Shown: positions 18,130-26,946 of the stretch, piece by piece
Position numbering within the stretch: position 1 is the first letter of the stretch
How the letters are laid out: every line of letters begins with the position of its first letter
Assembly: GCF_051956055.1 (NCBI RefSeq)
Contig: NZ_JBQCGC010000095.1
Coordinates: forward strand, 19,456 to 83,455
Length of the DNA stretch: 64,000 nt
Direction of reading: 5' to 3'
Source: Amnibacterium sp.
GTDB taxonomy: Bacteria > Actinomycetota > Actinomycetes > Actinomycetales > Microbacteriaceae
Notes under the pieces: model-generated
What the model saw: the letters and a program-made list of their open reading frames with translations, nothing else
The model's database searches: none
What the model was told of the DNA's origin: nothing
Position numbers and translations under genes: made by a program

Positions 18130-19302
18130 ATGTCGGGCCCGCCGTGGAGCGCGCGCCGCGCGCTGTCGGACGGGCTGCGCGCTGCGGGCCTCTGGTACGG
18201 GGGCGCCGTCCTGCTGCTCGCGTGGGGCGCCACCGCGGTCCTCGGCGCCGCGCCGCCGACGCTCGGGCTGCTCGCCGTCACGTCCGCGGTCGTCGCCGCG
18301 GGGGGCCTGCTGTTCCTGCTGCCGGTGTCCCGGCCGGCGGGCGCCGTCATCGTGCTCGCCGCGGTCGTCGTCATGGCCGCGGGCTTCGCGGCGTCCCTGG
18401 TGGTCCTCGCACGGTCGTCGGTGCCGCTGACCAGCACCGCCGGGTTCCCGCTGTCGCCGATGAAGAGCGCGATGCTGGCGTTCGCGGTGAACGCGGGCAG
18501 GCGCAGGGCCCCGCTGACCGCCGGGCTCGCTCTCGTGGCGGTCAGCGAGACGCTGTGCGCCATCGCCGGCCCCGCGCTCGGCGTGCGGTGGGGGTTCGAC
18601 CTGCCGGAGGCGGCGACCCTCGCGCTCGTCGCCCTGGCCTCGACGGGGTTCCTCATCGCCGGGCGCCGCACGGAGCAGCCGAGGCGCGCGTCGCGGGCGG
18701 CCGCGGGGGAGGAGGCGCTCACCCGCACCAGGTCGATCGCCCGGTCGCGGGCGGCGGCGGTCGTGCACGACACGGTGCTCGGGGACCTCGCGGCGATCGC
18801 GGCGACGGGACCCGGCCGGCTCCCTCCCGCCGCCGTCGGCCGGCTGGAGCGCACGCTCGAGCTGCTCGCCTCGCCGGACTGGGCCGCTCCGGCCGCCTTG
18901 CCGGAGTCGATCGGCGGCCCAGTGCTCGCCGCCATCGCACGCCGGGAGGCCGACGGCCTCGTCGTGCGGCTCGACGGCGAGCTGACCGAGCTCCGCGGGC
19001 TCGGCACGGAGGTCGAGCAGGCGCTGGCCGCCGCGATCGAGCAGTGCCTCGTGAACACCGCCAAGCATGCGGGGACGGAGATCGCGGACGTGACCGTGCT
19101 CGCGGACCGGGACGGGCTGACCGTCATGGTCGCCGACGCGGGATCGGGGTTCGATCCCGACGCCGTGGACCGCAACCGGCTCGGGATCAGCACCGCCGTG
19201 CGCGCGCGCATCGCGGAGGTCGGCGGCACCGTCAGGGTCTTCGCCCAGCCGGGCGTCGGGACGACCGTGCTGCTCACCGTGCCGAAGGGCGCCGGCGCAT
19301 GA
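18130..19302 (+). CDS. Membrane sensor histidine kinase-like protein (HisKA_3/HATPase_c type)
   Basis: TM N-half; VVHDTVLGDL, CLVNTAKHAG (N box), VADAGSGFD (G1), GLG-like RLGIS, QPGVGTTV. Confidence 0.8.
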   Translation: MSGPPWSARRALSDGLRAAGLWYGGAVLLLAWGATAVLGAAPPTLGLLAVTSAVVAAGGLLFLLPVSRPAGAVIVLAAVVVMAAGFAASLVVLARSSVPLTSTAGFPLSPMKSAMLAFAVNAGRRRAPLTAGLALVAVSETLCAIAGPALGVRWGFDLPEAATLALVALASTGFLIAGRRTEQPRRASRAAAGEEALTRTRSIARSRAAAVVHDTVLGDLAAIAATGPGRLPPAAVGRLERTLELLASPDWAAPAALPESIGGPVLAAIARREADGLVVRLDGELTELRGLGTEVEQALAAAIEQCLVNTAKHAGTEIADVTVLADRDGLTVMVADAGSGFDPDAVDRNRLGISTAVRARIAEVGGTVRVFAQPGVGTTVLLTVPKGAGA

Positions 19303-20369
19303 GCCTCGCCGCCCGAGACCCCCTGCTGCTCGGCGCTCCCGCGCCCGTGCTCGCCGCGGGCGGTGCCGCCGTCGCGGCCGTGGTCGCTGCCGTCGCGACC
19401 GTCCAGGGTCGCGCGCAGATCGCCTCCTGGCCGATCGAGGCGGCAGCGCTCGCCGCCCTCGTCGCCGCGGGCGTCGTCGTCGTGCGGTTCGCCAGCCCGT
19501 TCCGGGCGCCGTTCCGCGCCCGGTCGCACATCGCCGTGCTCGCCCTCGTGCTGCTCGCCGCGGTGCTCGACGAGGCGGCGCAGATCGGGCGGGACGTCCT
19601 GATCCACGACGACTGGGGCCTCGTCGTCGTGCCCGTCTTCCTGCTCGTCCTCGCCACGCTGCGACCCCCGGGGGAGGTCCTCGTCGGCGGGCTGGTCGCG
19701 ACCGCGGTCATCACCCTGACCGTGCTCGTGCTCTCCCCCTTCCTCCTCGCGCCCCTGCCACCGCTCGCCAGGGTCGCGATCACGATCACGCAGGTGCTCC
19801 CGCCCGCGCTCGCGGCCGCCGCGCTCGCCCGGATCACGGTGCGCAGGCTGGAGGTGCCCCACGCCTCCCCCGAGCCGGTGCCCGACCCGACGCTGTCGGT
19901 GCAGCAGGAGGCGATCGCTCGGCTCGAGGCCGAAGCGATCCCGCTGCTGTCGGCACTCGCGCGGACCGGCACCGCGTCGCCCGCGCAGGCGGACCGGGCG
20001 CGCGCGATCATGACCGAGCTGCGGGCGGCGCTGGTGGCGGACCTGGCCAGGGGCTGGCTCGCGGAGGCGGGCTTCGGGGTCGACGACCCGGACGCCTACG
20101 CCGAGCGGATGACGCCCGAGCAGCGCACCGCGCTGCGCACGACCGTCGCGAGCCTGCCGCTCGCCGACTTCGAGCGGCCGGGGACCGCTTCCGTGCGCGG
20201 GCAGGACCGCGAGGCGCGCCTGGTGCTGGACCTGCCCGTCGCCGCGCGGCCGCGCCGCACCCGGGTCGCACCGCTCGTGCCGCTGCTGCGCACCGCGTTC
20301 CCGCGGGCCGACCTGCGGATGGACGACGCGCACGTCCTCGTGGAGGTGGCCTTCACCGTGCCGCGGTGA
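19299..20369 (+). CDS. Hypothetical membrane protein, possible degenerate kinase partner
   Basis: ATGA overlap with upstream gene; ~6 TM helices followed by cytoplasmic helical domain lacking recognisable ATPase boxes. Confidence 0.7.
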   Translation: MSLAARDPLLLGAPAPVLAAGGAAVAAVVAAVATVQGRAQIASWPIEAAALAALVAAGVVVVRFASPFRAPFRARSHIAVLALVLLAAVLDEAAQIGRDVLIHDDWGLVVVPVFLLVLATLRPPGEVLVGGLVATAVITLTVLVLSPFLLAPLPPLARVAITITQVLPPALAAAALARITVRRLEVPHASPEPVPDPTLSVQQEAIARLEAEAIPLLSALARTGTASPAQADRARAIMTELRAALVADLARGWLAEAGFGVDDPDAYAERMTPEQRTALRTTVASLPLADFERPGTASVRGQDREARLVLDLPVAARPRRTRVAPLVPLLRTAFPRADLRMDDAHVLVEVAFTVPR

Positions 20370-21762
20370 GCGCCGCCTCCTGCTCCTGCACGTGAGCACG
20401 GTCGGGCGGTGCGACGGGCAGCCGCAGCACCAGGACGGCGCCGGGCAGGTCCCCGTCGACGGGGTCGGCGCAGACGAGCGAACCGCCGTGCGCCTCGAGC
20501 AGGCCGCGGGCGATCGGCAGGCCGAGCCCCGCACCGCCCCGCGCGGCCGAGCGCGCCGGGTCGAGCCGGACGAGGCGGTCGAACACGACCTCCCTGGCCT
20601 CCGGCGGGATGCCGGGGCCGTCGTCGGAGACCCGCACCACCGCCTCTCGCCCCTGAAAGGCGGCGCGGAGGCGGACGCGGCCCGCGCCGGCGGCAGCGGC
20701 GTTCGCGATGAGGTTCGCGAGCACCTGCTCGATCCGGCCGGGATCGACGGCGACGGTCGCGTCGATCCCGGACACGTCGACCTCCGGTGCGTCGCGTCGG
20801 GCGGTGACCCGCTCGGCCGCGTCGGTGAGGACCGCCAGGATCGACCGCGGCACCGTCTCGACGGTGAGCTCACCGAGCCGCGAAACGAGCAGCAGGTCCT
20901 CCACGAGCCGTCCCGCGCGGCGCGTCTCGCGCACCAGCTGGACGAGCACCCGGTCGCGCTCGGCGTCGTCGACGGGATCCCGGATGAGCCGCTCCGCCCC
21001 CGCGGACAGCGCCGCGATCGGCGTCCGCAGCTCGTGGGAGGCGTCCGAGAGGAAGCGGGCGAGTCGATCGGCCGCCTCCGCCGCTCGGTGCTCGGCCCCC
21101 TCCAGCTCCTCGAGCATCGCGTCGAACTGTGTCGCCGCGCGCCCGAGGTCCGTGCCGGGGTCCTTCGGCGCGAGCCGCCTGCCCCTGCCGCCGGCCGCGG
21201 TCTCGCGGGCGGCGCGGGTGAGCTCGCCGAGCGGGCGCATCGCGCGCCGCAGCACGACGGGCAGCAGGAGCGCCGCGAGGACCACCGCCGCCGCGCTCGC
21301 GATCGACATGATGAGGCGCACCCTGGCGAGCTCCGCGTCGATCTGCCTCGCGTCGGCGGTCAGGACGAGCGTGACGCCGGGCCGGATGGTCTCCCGCGCC
21401 ACCAGCAGGCCGCCCTCCTCCGTCACGGTCGCCGTCGCCGAGCCGGGGGCGGCCGCGGGCGGGCGGGGCCTCCCCTGCCTCGGCTCGCCGGGCTGCGGGA
21501 CGCCGACGACCGCGCTGCCGCCGGATCGGTAGGTGATGCGCGCCTCGATGCCCGGCATGCTCAGCCGGTCCGCGAGGGACTGGTCCGACAGCCCGGTCAG
21601 GGCCCCCGCGAGGGAGGCCACCGACTCGAGGCGCTGCCGCTGCTCCGCCTTCAGCACGGCGGCGAGCGTCAGGTCGACGCCGACGCCCACGACGAGGAGC
21701 AGCAGGGCCAGCACCGCGACGGACCAGAGCACCACCCGGCGCCGGAGGGACGGGGTCCTCAC
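20353..21762 (-). CDS. Sensor histidine kinase (HAMP-HisKA-HATPase_c)
   Basis: FLSDASHELRTP (H box), QVLANLIANA, VSDDGPGI, FDRLVR, GAGLGLPIA; GTGA overlap with RR stop. Confidence 0.93.
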   Translation of the reverse strand: MRTPSLRRRVVLWSVAVLALLLLVVGVGVDLTLAAVLKAEQRQRLESVASLAGALTGLSDQSLADRLSMPGIEARITYRSGGSAVVGVPQPGEPRQGRPRPPAAAPGSATATVTEEGGLLVARETIRPGVTLVLTADARQIDAELARVRLIMSIASAAAVVLAALLLPVVLRRAMRPLGELTRAARETAAGGRGRRLAPKDPGTDLGRAATQFDAMLEELEGAEHRAAEAADRLARFLSDASHELRTPIAALSAGAERLIRDPVDDAERDRVLVQLVRETRRAGRLVEDLLLVSRLGELTVETVPRSILAVLTDAAERVTARRDAPEVDVSGIDATVAVDPGRIEQVLANLIANAAAAGAGRVRLRAAFQGREAVVRVSDDGPGIPPEAREVVFDRLVRLDPARSAARGGAGLGLPIARGLLEAHGGSLVCADPVDGDLPGAVLVLRLPVAPPDRAHVQEQEAALTAAR

Positions 21763-22451
21763 GCCGCCCTGACCTTCTCGACCGGCCGCAGGACGTAGCC
21801 GAACCCGCGGACCGTGTGCAGGATCCGCGGGCCGTGCTCCTCGAGCTTCCGGCGGAGCGCGCTGACATGCACCTCGACGAGGTTCGCGTCGTAGTCGTCG
21901 TACCCCCACACCTGCGTGAGCAGCTGTGTCTTCGACAGGATCCGGCCGCGCTCGTGCGCCAGGTAGGCGAGCAGCCGGTACTCGGTGGCGGTGAGGTCGA
22001 GGAGGACGCCGGCGCGCACCACCGCGGTGCCGCCCTCGTCGATCGTGAGATCACCGAGGTCGAGGGTCGCAGGCAGCCGGCCCAGTCGGCGCAGCACCGC
22101 CCGGACCCTGGCGATCAGCTCCTCCACGATGAACGGCTTGACGACGTAGTCGTCGGCTCCTGCGTCGAAGCCCGCGAGGCGGTCCGCGGCCGTGTCGCGC
22201 GCCGTCAGGAAGATCACGGGCACGTCGCGATCGCGTCGCAGCACGCGCGCGAGCCCGAAGCCGTCGGCGGGGCCGGGCAGGGAGACGTCGAGGAGCACGA
22301 GGTCCGGCAGGAAGTCGGCCGAGACGGCCGCGATCCCGGTGCCGTCCTCGACCCCGCGCACCACGAACCCGTCGTGCGCGAGCGCGGCCAGCACCGACTC
22401 CCGGATGAGGGCGTCGTCCTCGACGACGAGCACCCGGGCGCAGGAGGACAT
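21759..22451 (-). CDS. OmpR/PhoB family response regulator
   Basis: VLVVEDD, DLVLLDVSLP, FLTARD, GADDYVVKPF, LTATEYRLL, HTVRGFGY. Confidence 0.95.
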   Translation of the reverse strand: MSSCARVLVVEDDALIRESVLAALAHDGFVVRGVEDGTGIAAVSADFLPDLVLLDVSLPGPADGFGLARVLRRDRDVPVIFLTARDTAADRLAGFDAGADDYVVKPFIVEELIARVRAVLRRLGRLPATLDLGDLTIDEGGTAVVRAGVLLDLTATEYRLLAYLAHERGRILSKTQLLTQVWGYDDYDANLVEVHVSALRRKLEEHGPRILHTVRGFGYVLRPVEKVRAA

Positions 22452-22472
22452 CCCTCGACCCTCGGGGCACGG

Positions 22473-22555
22473 CCTGAAGCGGACCTGAAGCGGACCCGAT
22501 GGATCCACCCTGAGGCGGGGCTGAAGAAGCCGGCCGCTTCAGCGCCGCTTCAGCG
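22473..22555. promoter_or_regulatory. Three pairs of 11-bp-spaced CTGA(A/G)G / CTTCAG direct repeats, candidate OmpR-family binding sites
   Basis: CCTGAAGCGGA x2 (22473-22494), CTGAGG/CTGAAG (22510, 22521), CCGCTTCAGCG x2 (22534-22555). Confidence 0.6.
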
Positions 22556-22611
22556 CCGCGCCGTCGGCTGGAAGGGCCGCGGCGGTCGCGGCACGAACCG
22601 AGGAGAACGAC

Positions 22612-23190
22612 ATGCCCGCTTCCATCCGACCCGCTACCCGGCGCGCGGCGATCATCGCCGGGGCCGCCGGGCTGGCCGTCATCGGCACGATCGGCGCCGG
22701 CGCCGCGGCCTTCGCGGACGGCGCACCCTCCCCCGCCGCGTCGACGTCCGCGTCGTCGACGGTCGCACCGGGCCCGCACGGCGGCCCGGACCGCGACGCC
22801 GGCCCGCACCACGCTCCGCACATCGGCGGCCGCGTCCTCACCGTCGACGGCCGCACGGTGACCGTGCAGGACCGGGACGGCTTCACGCGGACGATCGTCC
22901 TCGCGTCCGGAGCGAGCATCACGAAGGACGGGGCCGCCTCCTCCGTCGCGGCCATCGCGAAGGACACGTGGATCGAGGCGACCGGCACGGTGGACCGGAA
23001 CGGGACCACGCTGGATGCGACCACAGTGACCATCGGCCGGCCCACGCCGCCGAAGGGCGGACCCGCGGGCCCGCGCGGAGCGGGGCCGGGTGCGCGCGCC
23101 GGCCAGAAGGACGCCCCGGCGACCCCGTCGACCGGCGCGACGAGCGCACCGAGCGCACCGAGCGCACCGAGCGCACCGGCCCGATCCTGA
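22612..23190 (+). CDS. Secreted protein with DUF5666-like beta domain
   Basis: AGGAG RBS; signal peptide ending AAAFA; GGRVLTVDGRTVTV..TRTIVL..GTWIEATG-type repeat; Ala/Pro/Ser tail (SAP)x4. Confidence 0.65.
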   Translation: MPASIRPATRRAAIIAGAAGLAVIGTIGAGAAAFADGAPSPAASTSASSTVAPGPHGGPDRDAGPHHAPHIGGRVLTVDGRTVTVQDRDGFTRTIVLASGASITKDGAASSVAAIAKDTWIEATGTVDRNGTTLDATTVTIGRPTPPKGGPAGPRGAGPGARAGQKDAPATPSTGATSAPSAPSAPSAPARS

Positions 23191-23194
23191 TCCC

Positions 23195-23228
23195 TCCGGT
23201 GCCGGGTGGGCGCGCGCCCGGCACCGGA
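23195..23228 (+). terminator. Intrinsic terminator-like hairpin
   Basis: 12-bp stem TCCGGTGCCGGG/CCCGGCACCGGA immediately after the stop at 23190. Confidence 0.6.
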
Positions 23229-23242
23229 CGGATGATGGCGTG

Positions 23243-23860
23243 GTGGACGACGCGACACGACGCAGCAGGGACTTCTGGGAGGGCCGCTACCTGGCCGCGG
23301 AGGCCGACGGGACCACCCTGTGGGGCGACGCGCCGAACGGCTGGATCGCCGAGCAGGTGGGCGCCCGCCTGCAGCGACCCGGCCGGGCGCTCGACATCGG
23401 GGCGGGGGAGGGGCGGAACGCGCTCTGGCTCGCCCGCCGCGGCTGGAGCGTGGTGGCGACCGACTTCTCGGCCGCGGCGCTGCAGGGGCTGCGCTCGCGC
23501 AGCGCCGGGCTGGACCTCGAGACGATCGAGGCGGACGCCACGACCTGGGCGGCTGCGGAGTCCGCCGACCTCGCCGTGATCTGCTACCGGCAGCTGCCCG
23601 CCGACTCGCTGGCCGCGGCGATCGCCCGCGCAGGCGAGTCCCTCCGGCGCGGGGGCGTCCTGCTCGGGATCTGGCACGACCGGGAGGACCTCGCGCGCGG
23701 CCTCGGGGGCACCATGACCCCGGCGATCCGCACGACGCCCGATGAGACGCGCGCCGCGGCGGAGGCGGCGGGCCTGCAGGTCGAGCTGAGCGGCAGGCGC
23801 GACCGCGAGACGGCCGCCGGAACGGCCTGCGACTGCCTCCTCATCGCGACCAGGCCCTGA
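23243..23860 (+). CDS. Class I SAM-dependent methyltransferase
   Basis: FWEGRY, LWGDAPN, ALDIGAGEGRNALWLARRGW..TDFS; start approximate. Confidence 0.88.
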   Translation: MDDATRRSRDFWEGRYLAAEADGTTLWGDAPNGWIAEQVGARLQRPGRALDIGAGEGRNALWLARRGWSVVATDFSAAALQGLRSRSAGLDLETIEADATTWAAAESADLAVICYRQLPADSLAAAIARAGESLRRGGVLLGIWHDREDLARGLGGTMTPAIRTTPDETRAAAEAAGLQVELSGRRDRETAAGTACDCLLIATRP

Positions 23861-23879
23861 CGCCGACCGGGCGTCAGGG
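23855..23879. terminator. Bidirectional hairpin spanning both convergent stop codons
   Basis: CCCTGACGCC (23855-64)/GGCGTCAGGG (23870-79). Confidence 0.6.
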
Positions 23880-25076
23880 GCGCAGGGCGGCCTCGAAGAC
23901 GTCGATCGCGTGGTGCAGATCCGCCTCCTGGATGACGATCGGGGGAGCGAACCGCACCGTCTGGCCGTGCGTGTCCTTGGCGAGCACGCCGCGGGCCATC
24001 ATGCGCTCGCACACCTCCCGCGCGGTGCCGAGCGCGGGGTCGATGTCGACCCCTGCCCAGAGGCCGCGCGTCCGCACGGCGGTGACGCCGTGCCCGACGA
24101 GGGGCTCGAGCCGGCCGCGCAGCACGTCGCCGAGCTCACGGGCCCGCCGCTGCGGCTCACCGGTCGCGAGCATCTGCACGACCTCCAGCCCGACGGCCGC
24201 CGCGAGCGGGTTGCCGCCGAACGTCGACCCGTGCTCCCCCGGCCGGAGCACGCCGAGCACGTCCTCGTCGCCGACGACGGCCGATACCGGCACGATGCCG
24301 CCGCCGAGCGCCTTGCCGAGCAGGTAGAGGTCCGGGACCACGCCGACGAGGTCGCACGCGAACGTCGCGCCGACCCGGCCGAGGCCGGACTGGATCTCGT
24401 CGGCGATCATGAGCACCCGGCGCTCGTCGCAGATGCGACGCACGGCCGGCAGGTAGTCCTCGGGAGGCACGACGACACCGGCCTCGCCCTGCACCGGCTC
24501 GAGCAGCACCGCGACCGTCGTGTCGTCGATCGCGGCCTCGAGCGCCTCCGCCGAGCCGTACGGCACGATCCGGAATCCGGGGGTGTACGGGCCGAAGCCG
24601 TCCCGGGCGGACGGGTCGTCGCTGAACGACACGATCGTGGTGGTGCGACCGTGGAAGTTGCCGCTCGCGACCACGATCGTCGCGGCGCCGTCCTGGACGC
24701 CCTTGACGCGGTAGCCCCAGGCGCGCGCGACCTTGATGCCCGACTCGACCGCCTCCGCACCGGTGTTCATCGGCAGCACCATCTGCTTGCCCGCCAGGGC
24801 CGCGAGCTCCCGGGCGAACGGTTCGAGCCGGTCGTTCTCGAACGCGCGGCTCACGAGCGTCACCCGGTCGAGCTGCTGCTTGGCTGCTGCGATCAGGCGG
24901 GGGTGGCCGTGCCCGAAGTTCACCGCGGAGTACGCGGCGAGCAGGTCGAGGTACCGGCGCCCGTCCGTGTCGGTGACCCACGCGCCCTCCCCCGAGGCGA
25001 TCTCGACGGGCAGCGGGTGGTAGTTGCGGGCGAGCGCGCTCGGCCGCGTCCCCTCGACGAGGTGCGTGCCGCTCAT
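23874..25076 (-). CDS. rocD: Ornithine--oxo-acid aminotransferase
   Basis: NYHPLPV, YLDLLAAYSAVNFGH, MNTGAEAVE, NFHGRT, EPVQGEAG, ADEIQSGLGR, LGKALGGG, HGSTFGGNP. Confidence 0.95.
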   Translation of the reverse strand: MSGTHLVEGTRPSALARNYHPLPVEIASGEGAWVTDTDGRRYLDLLAAYSAVNFGHGHPRLIAAAKQQLDRVTLVSRAFENDRLEPFARELAALAGKQMVLPMNTGAEAVESGIKVARAWGYRVKGVQDGAATIVVASGNFHGRTTTIVSFSDDPSARDGFGPYTPGFRIVPYGSAEALEAAIDDTTVAVLLEPVQGEAGVVVPPEDYLPAVRRICDERRVLMIADEIQSGLGRVGATFACDLVGVVPDLYLLGKALGGGIVPVSAVVGDEDVLGVLRPGEHGSTFGGNPLAAAVGLEVVQMLATGEPQRRARELGDVLRGRLEPLVGHGVTAVRTRGLWAGVDIDPALGTAREVCERMMARGVLAKDTHGQTVRFAPPIVIQEADLHHAIDVFEAALRP

Positions 25077-25930
25077 CGCTCGCCCCGCAGCTCGAGCGTG
25101 CAGCACTTCACACCGCCACCGCCGAGCAGCAGCTCGGCGAGGTCGAGCCCGATCGGCGTGTAGCCGCGGTCGCGCAGCGACGCCTCGAAGCCGGTCGCCC
25201 GCGAGGCGATGACCACGTTGCGGCCGTCGGAGATGGAGTTGAGCCCGAGCCAGCGGGCATCCTCGATGCCGACCTCCACCGCGTCGGGGTAGCGGCGCGC
25301 GAGCTCGGCCCTGGACGCCTCATCGAAGGCCTCGGGGAGGTAGGCGATGTTCGCGTCGGCCCCCACCGGATCGAGCACGGCGAGCGCCGTGTCGAGGTGG
25401 TAGAACCGCGGGTCGACGAGCCGGAGGGTGACGACCTCGCGGCCGGTCACGCCCGCGAGCTCGGCGTGGCTCTCGACGCTCGTCCGGAAGCCGGTGCCGG
25501 CCAGGATCACGTCGCCGACGAGCAGGAAGTCGCCTTCGCCCTCGTTCACCTCCTGCGCCTCGTGCACGCGGAAGCCGTGCGCCCGGAACCAGTCGCCGTA
25601 CGCGGGGCCCTCCGGCTGGCGCTCCGGATGGGTGAACCGCGCGGTGTAGGCGACGCCGTCGAGGGTGAAGCCGCCGTTGGCCGCGTAGACCATGTCCGGC
25701 AGACCGGCGATCGGGTCGATCAGCTCGACCTCGTGACCGAGCGCGACGTAGGTGTCGTACAGCGTCTGCCACTGGCCGAGCGCCACCGAGGTGTCGGTCG
25801 GGTCCTCCGGATTCATCCAGGGGTTGATCCGGTACGCGACGGTGAAGTGCTCGGGCCGGCACATGAGGAAGCGGCGCCGGAGCGCGGCACGTTCCCCCTG
25901 GAGGGCGGAGGCGGGGACGGGAAGCGACAC
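25073..25930 (-). CDS. ddaH: Dimethylargininase / amidinotransferase family
   Basis: FLMCRP..F.V.Y.INPWM, LPDMVYAANGG, NEGEGDFL, FYHLDTA, LLLGGGGVKCCTL; AAGGA RBS before GTG. Confidence 0.9.
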   Translation of the reverse strand: MSLPVPASALQGERAALRRRFLMCRPEHFTVAYRINPWMNPEDPTDTSVALGQWQTLYDTYVALGHEVELIDPIAGLPDMVYAANGGFTLDGVAYTARFTHPERQPEGPAYGDWFRAHGFRVHEAQEVNEGEGDFLLVGDVILAGTGFRTSVESHAELAGVTGREVVTLRLVDPRFYHLDTALAVLDPVGADANIAYLPEAFDEASRAELARRYPDAVEVGIEDARWLGLNSISDGRNVVIASRATGFEASLRDRGYTPIGLDLAELLLGGGGVKCCTLELRGER

Positions 25931-26193
25931 GACGGTCCTTTCGTTCGGGTGACGCTGAACGGTGCCGGACCAGGTCGACGGCTCTTCCAGTGTGCCTGCG
26001 AAATCGCGCAACGGCCGCGGATCCCACGCAATCCCGCTGCGTCCGCGCCCGCGGGACGCAACGATCCGCGGGTCTCGTGCCTCCGTCGCGCCGACCCGAT
26101 CATCCGCTTCCCGCGAGCGCGCGCGGCGAGCGGGGCGCGCACCGATGCTGCGCGGACAGCCTCCTGGACGCAATGGAGTCCTACGCTTTTCGC

Positions 26194-26631
26194 ATGGATG
26201 CCATCGACTCCCGCATCATCGACCTCCTGAAGCGCAATGCACGGTCCGCCTACGGCGACATCGGCGCGGTCGTGGGCCTCTCCGCCTCCGCGGTGAAGCG
26301 CCGGGTGGATCGACTGCTCGCCGAGGGCGTCATCCGGTCGTTCACGGTGCAGGTGGACCCCGCGACCGAAGGCATGAGCACGGAGGCGTGGGTCGAGCTG
26401 TTCTGTCGGGGCACGGTGTCCCCGACCGAGCTGCGGCGCATCCTCTCCGCCGTGCCGGAGGTGGTGTACGCGGGCACCGTCACGGGCAGCGCGGACGCGA
26501 TCGTGCACATGCGCAGCCGGGACATCCCGAGCCTCGAGCTGGCGCTCGAGCGGGTCCGCGTCGCGCCCAACGTGGACCACACGCGCAGCGCCATCGTGCT
26601 GTCGCGCCTCGTGAACCGCACGAGCGCCTGA
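26194..26631 (+). CDS. Lrp/AsnC family transcriptional regulator
   Basis: MDAIDSRIIDLL..NAR..Y.DIG..VGLS.SAVKRRVDRL, VTGSADAIVH; TACGCT -10 six nt upstream. Confidence 0.93.
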   Translation: MDAIDSRIIDLLKRNARSAYGDIGAVVGLSASAVKRRVDRLLAEGVIRSFTVQVDPATEGMSTEAWVELFCRGTVSPTELRRILSAVPEVVYAGTVTGSADAIVHMRSRDIPSLELALERVRVAPNVDHTRSAIVLSRLVNRTSA

Positions 26632-26946
26632 TCGGCGCCGGATTCCGCTGAGCGGGATCCGATGCGACCATCGGCGCTGCCCTGGGAATCCCGGGCACGA
26701 CCTGGGGTTCGAGTGCCTCGACGGGGCCGATCCGACCACACCGCGGGGCCGCCGCCGGCGACCCGCTCGCACTCGGCGTGATCGTCCTGTTACCTTCCTC
26801 CGCGACAACCCGCCGTCCTCCCGATGCCCCCGGGGAGACGCCCATCCGGCGCCAGCGCCATGGCCGACGACACCCGCGTCCGGCCGGCCTCCGGCGCGCC
26901 TGCGGCATGCCTTCGACCTGCCGCGCCCGACGTCAAGGAGTCCCCC

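Noticed and set aside
23144-23178. GAGCGCACC tandem repeat
   Set aside because: Simply encodes the low-complexity (SAP)n tail of the secreted protein
26632-26946. c-di-AMP (ydaO) riboswitch upstream of NlpC/P60
   Set aside because: Expected conserved segments (GCCGAAUCC, GGGGUGAAUC, CCCGUCAGCUAAC) were not found by eye
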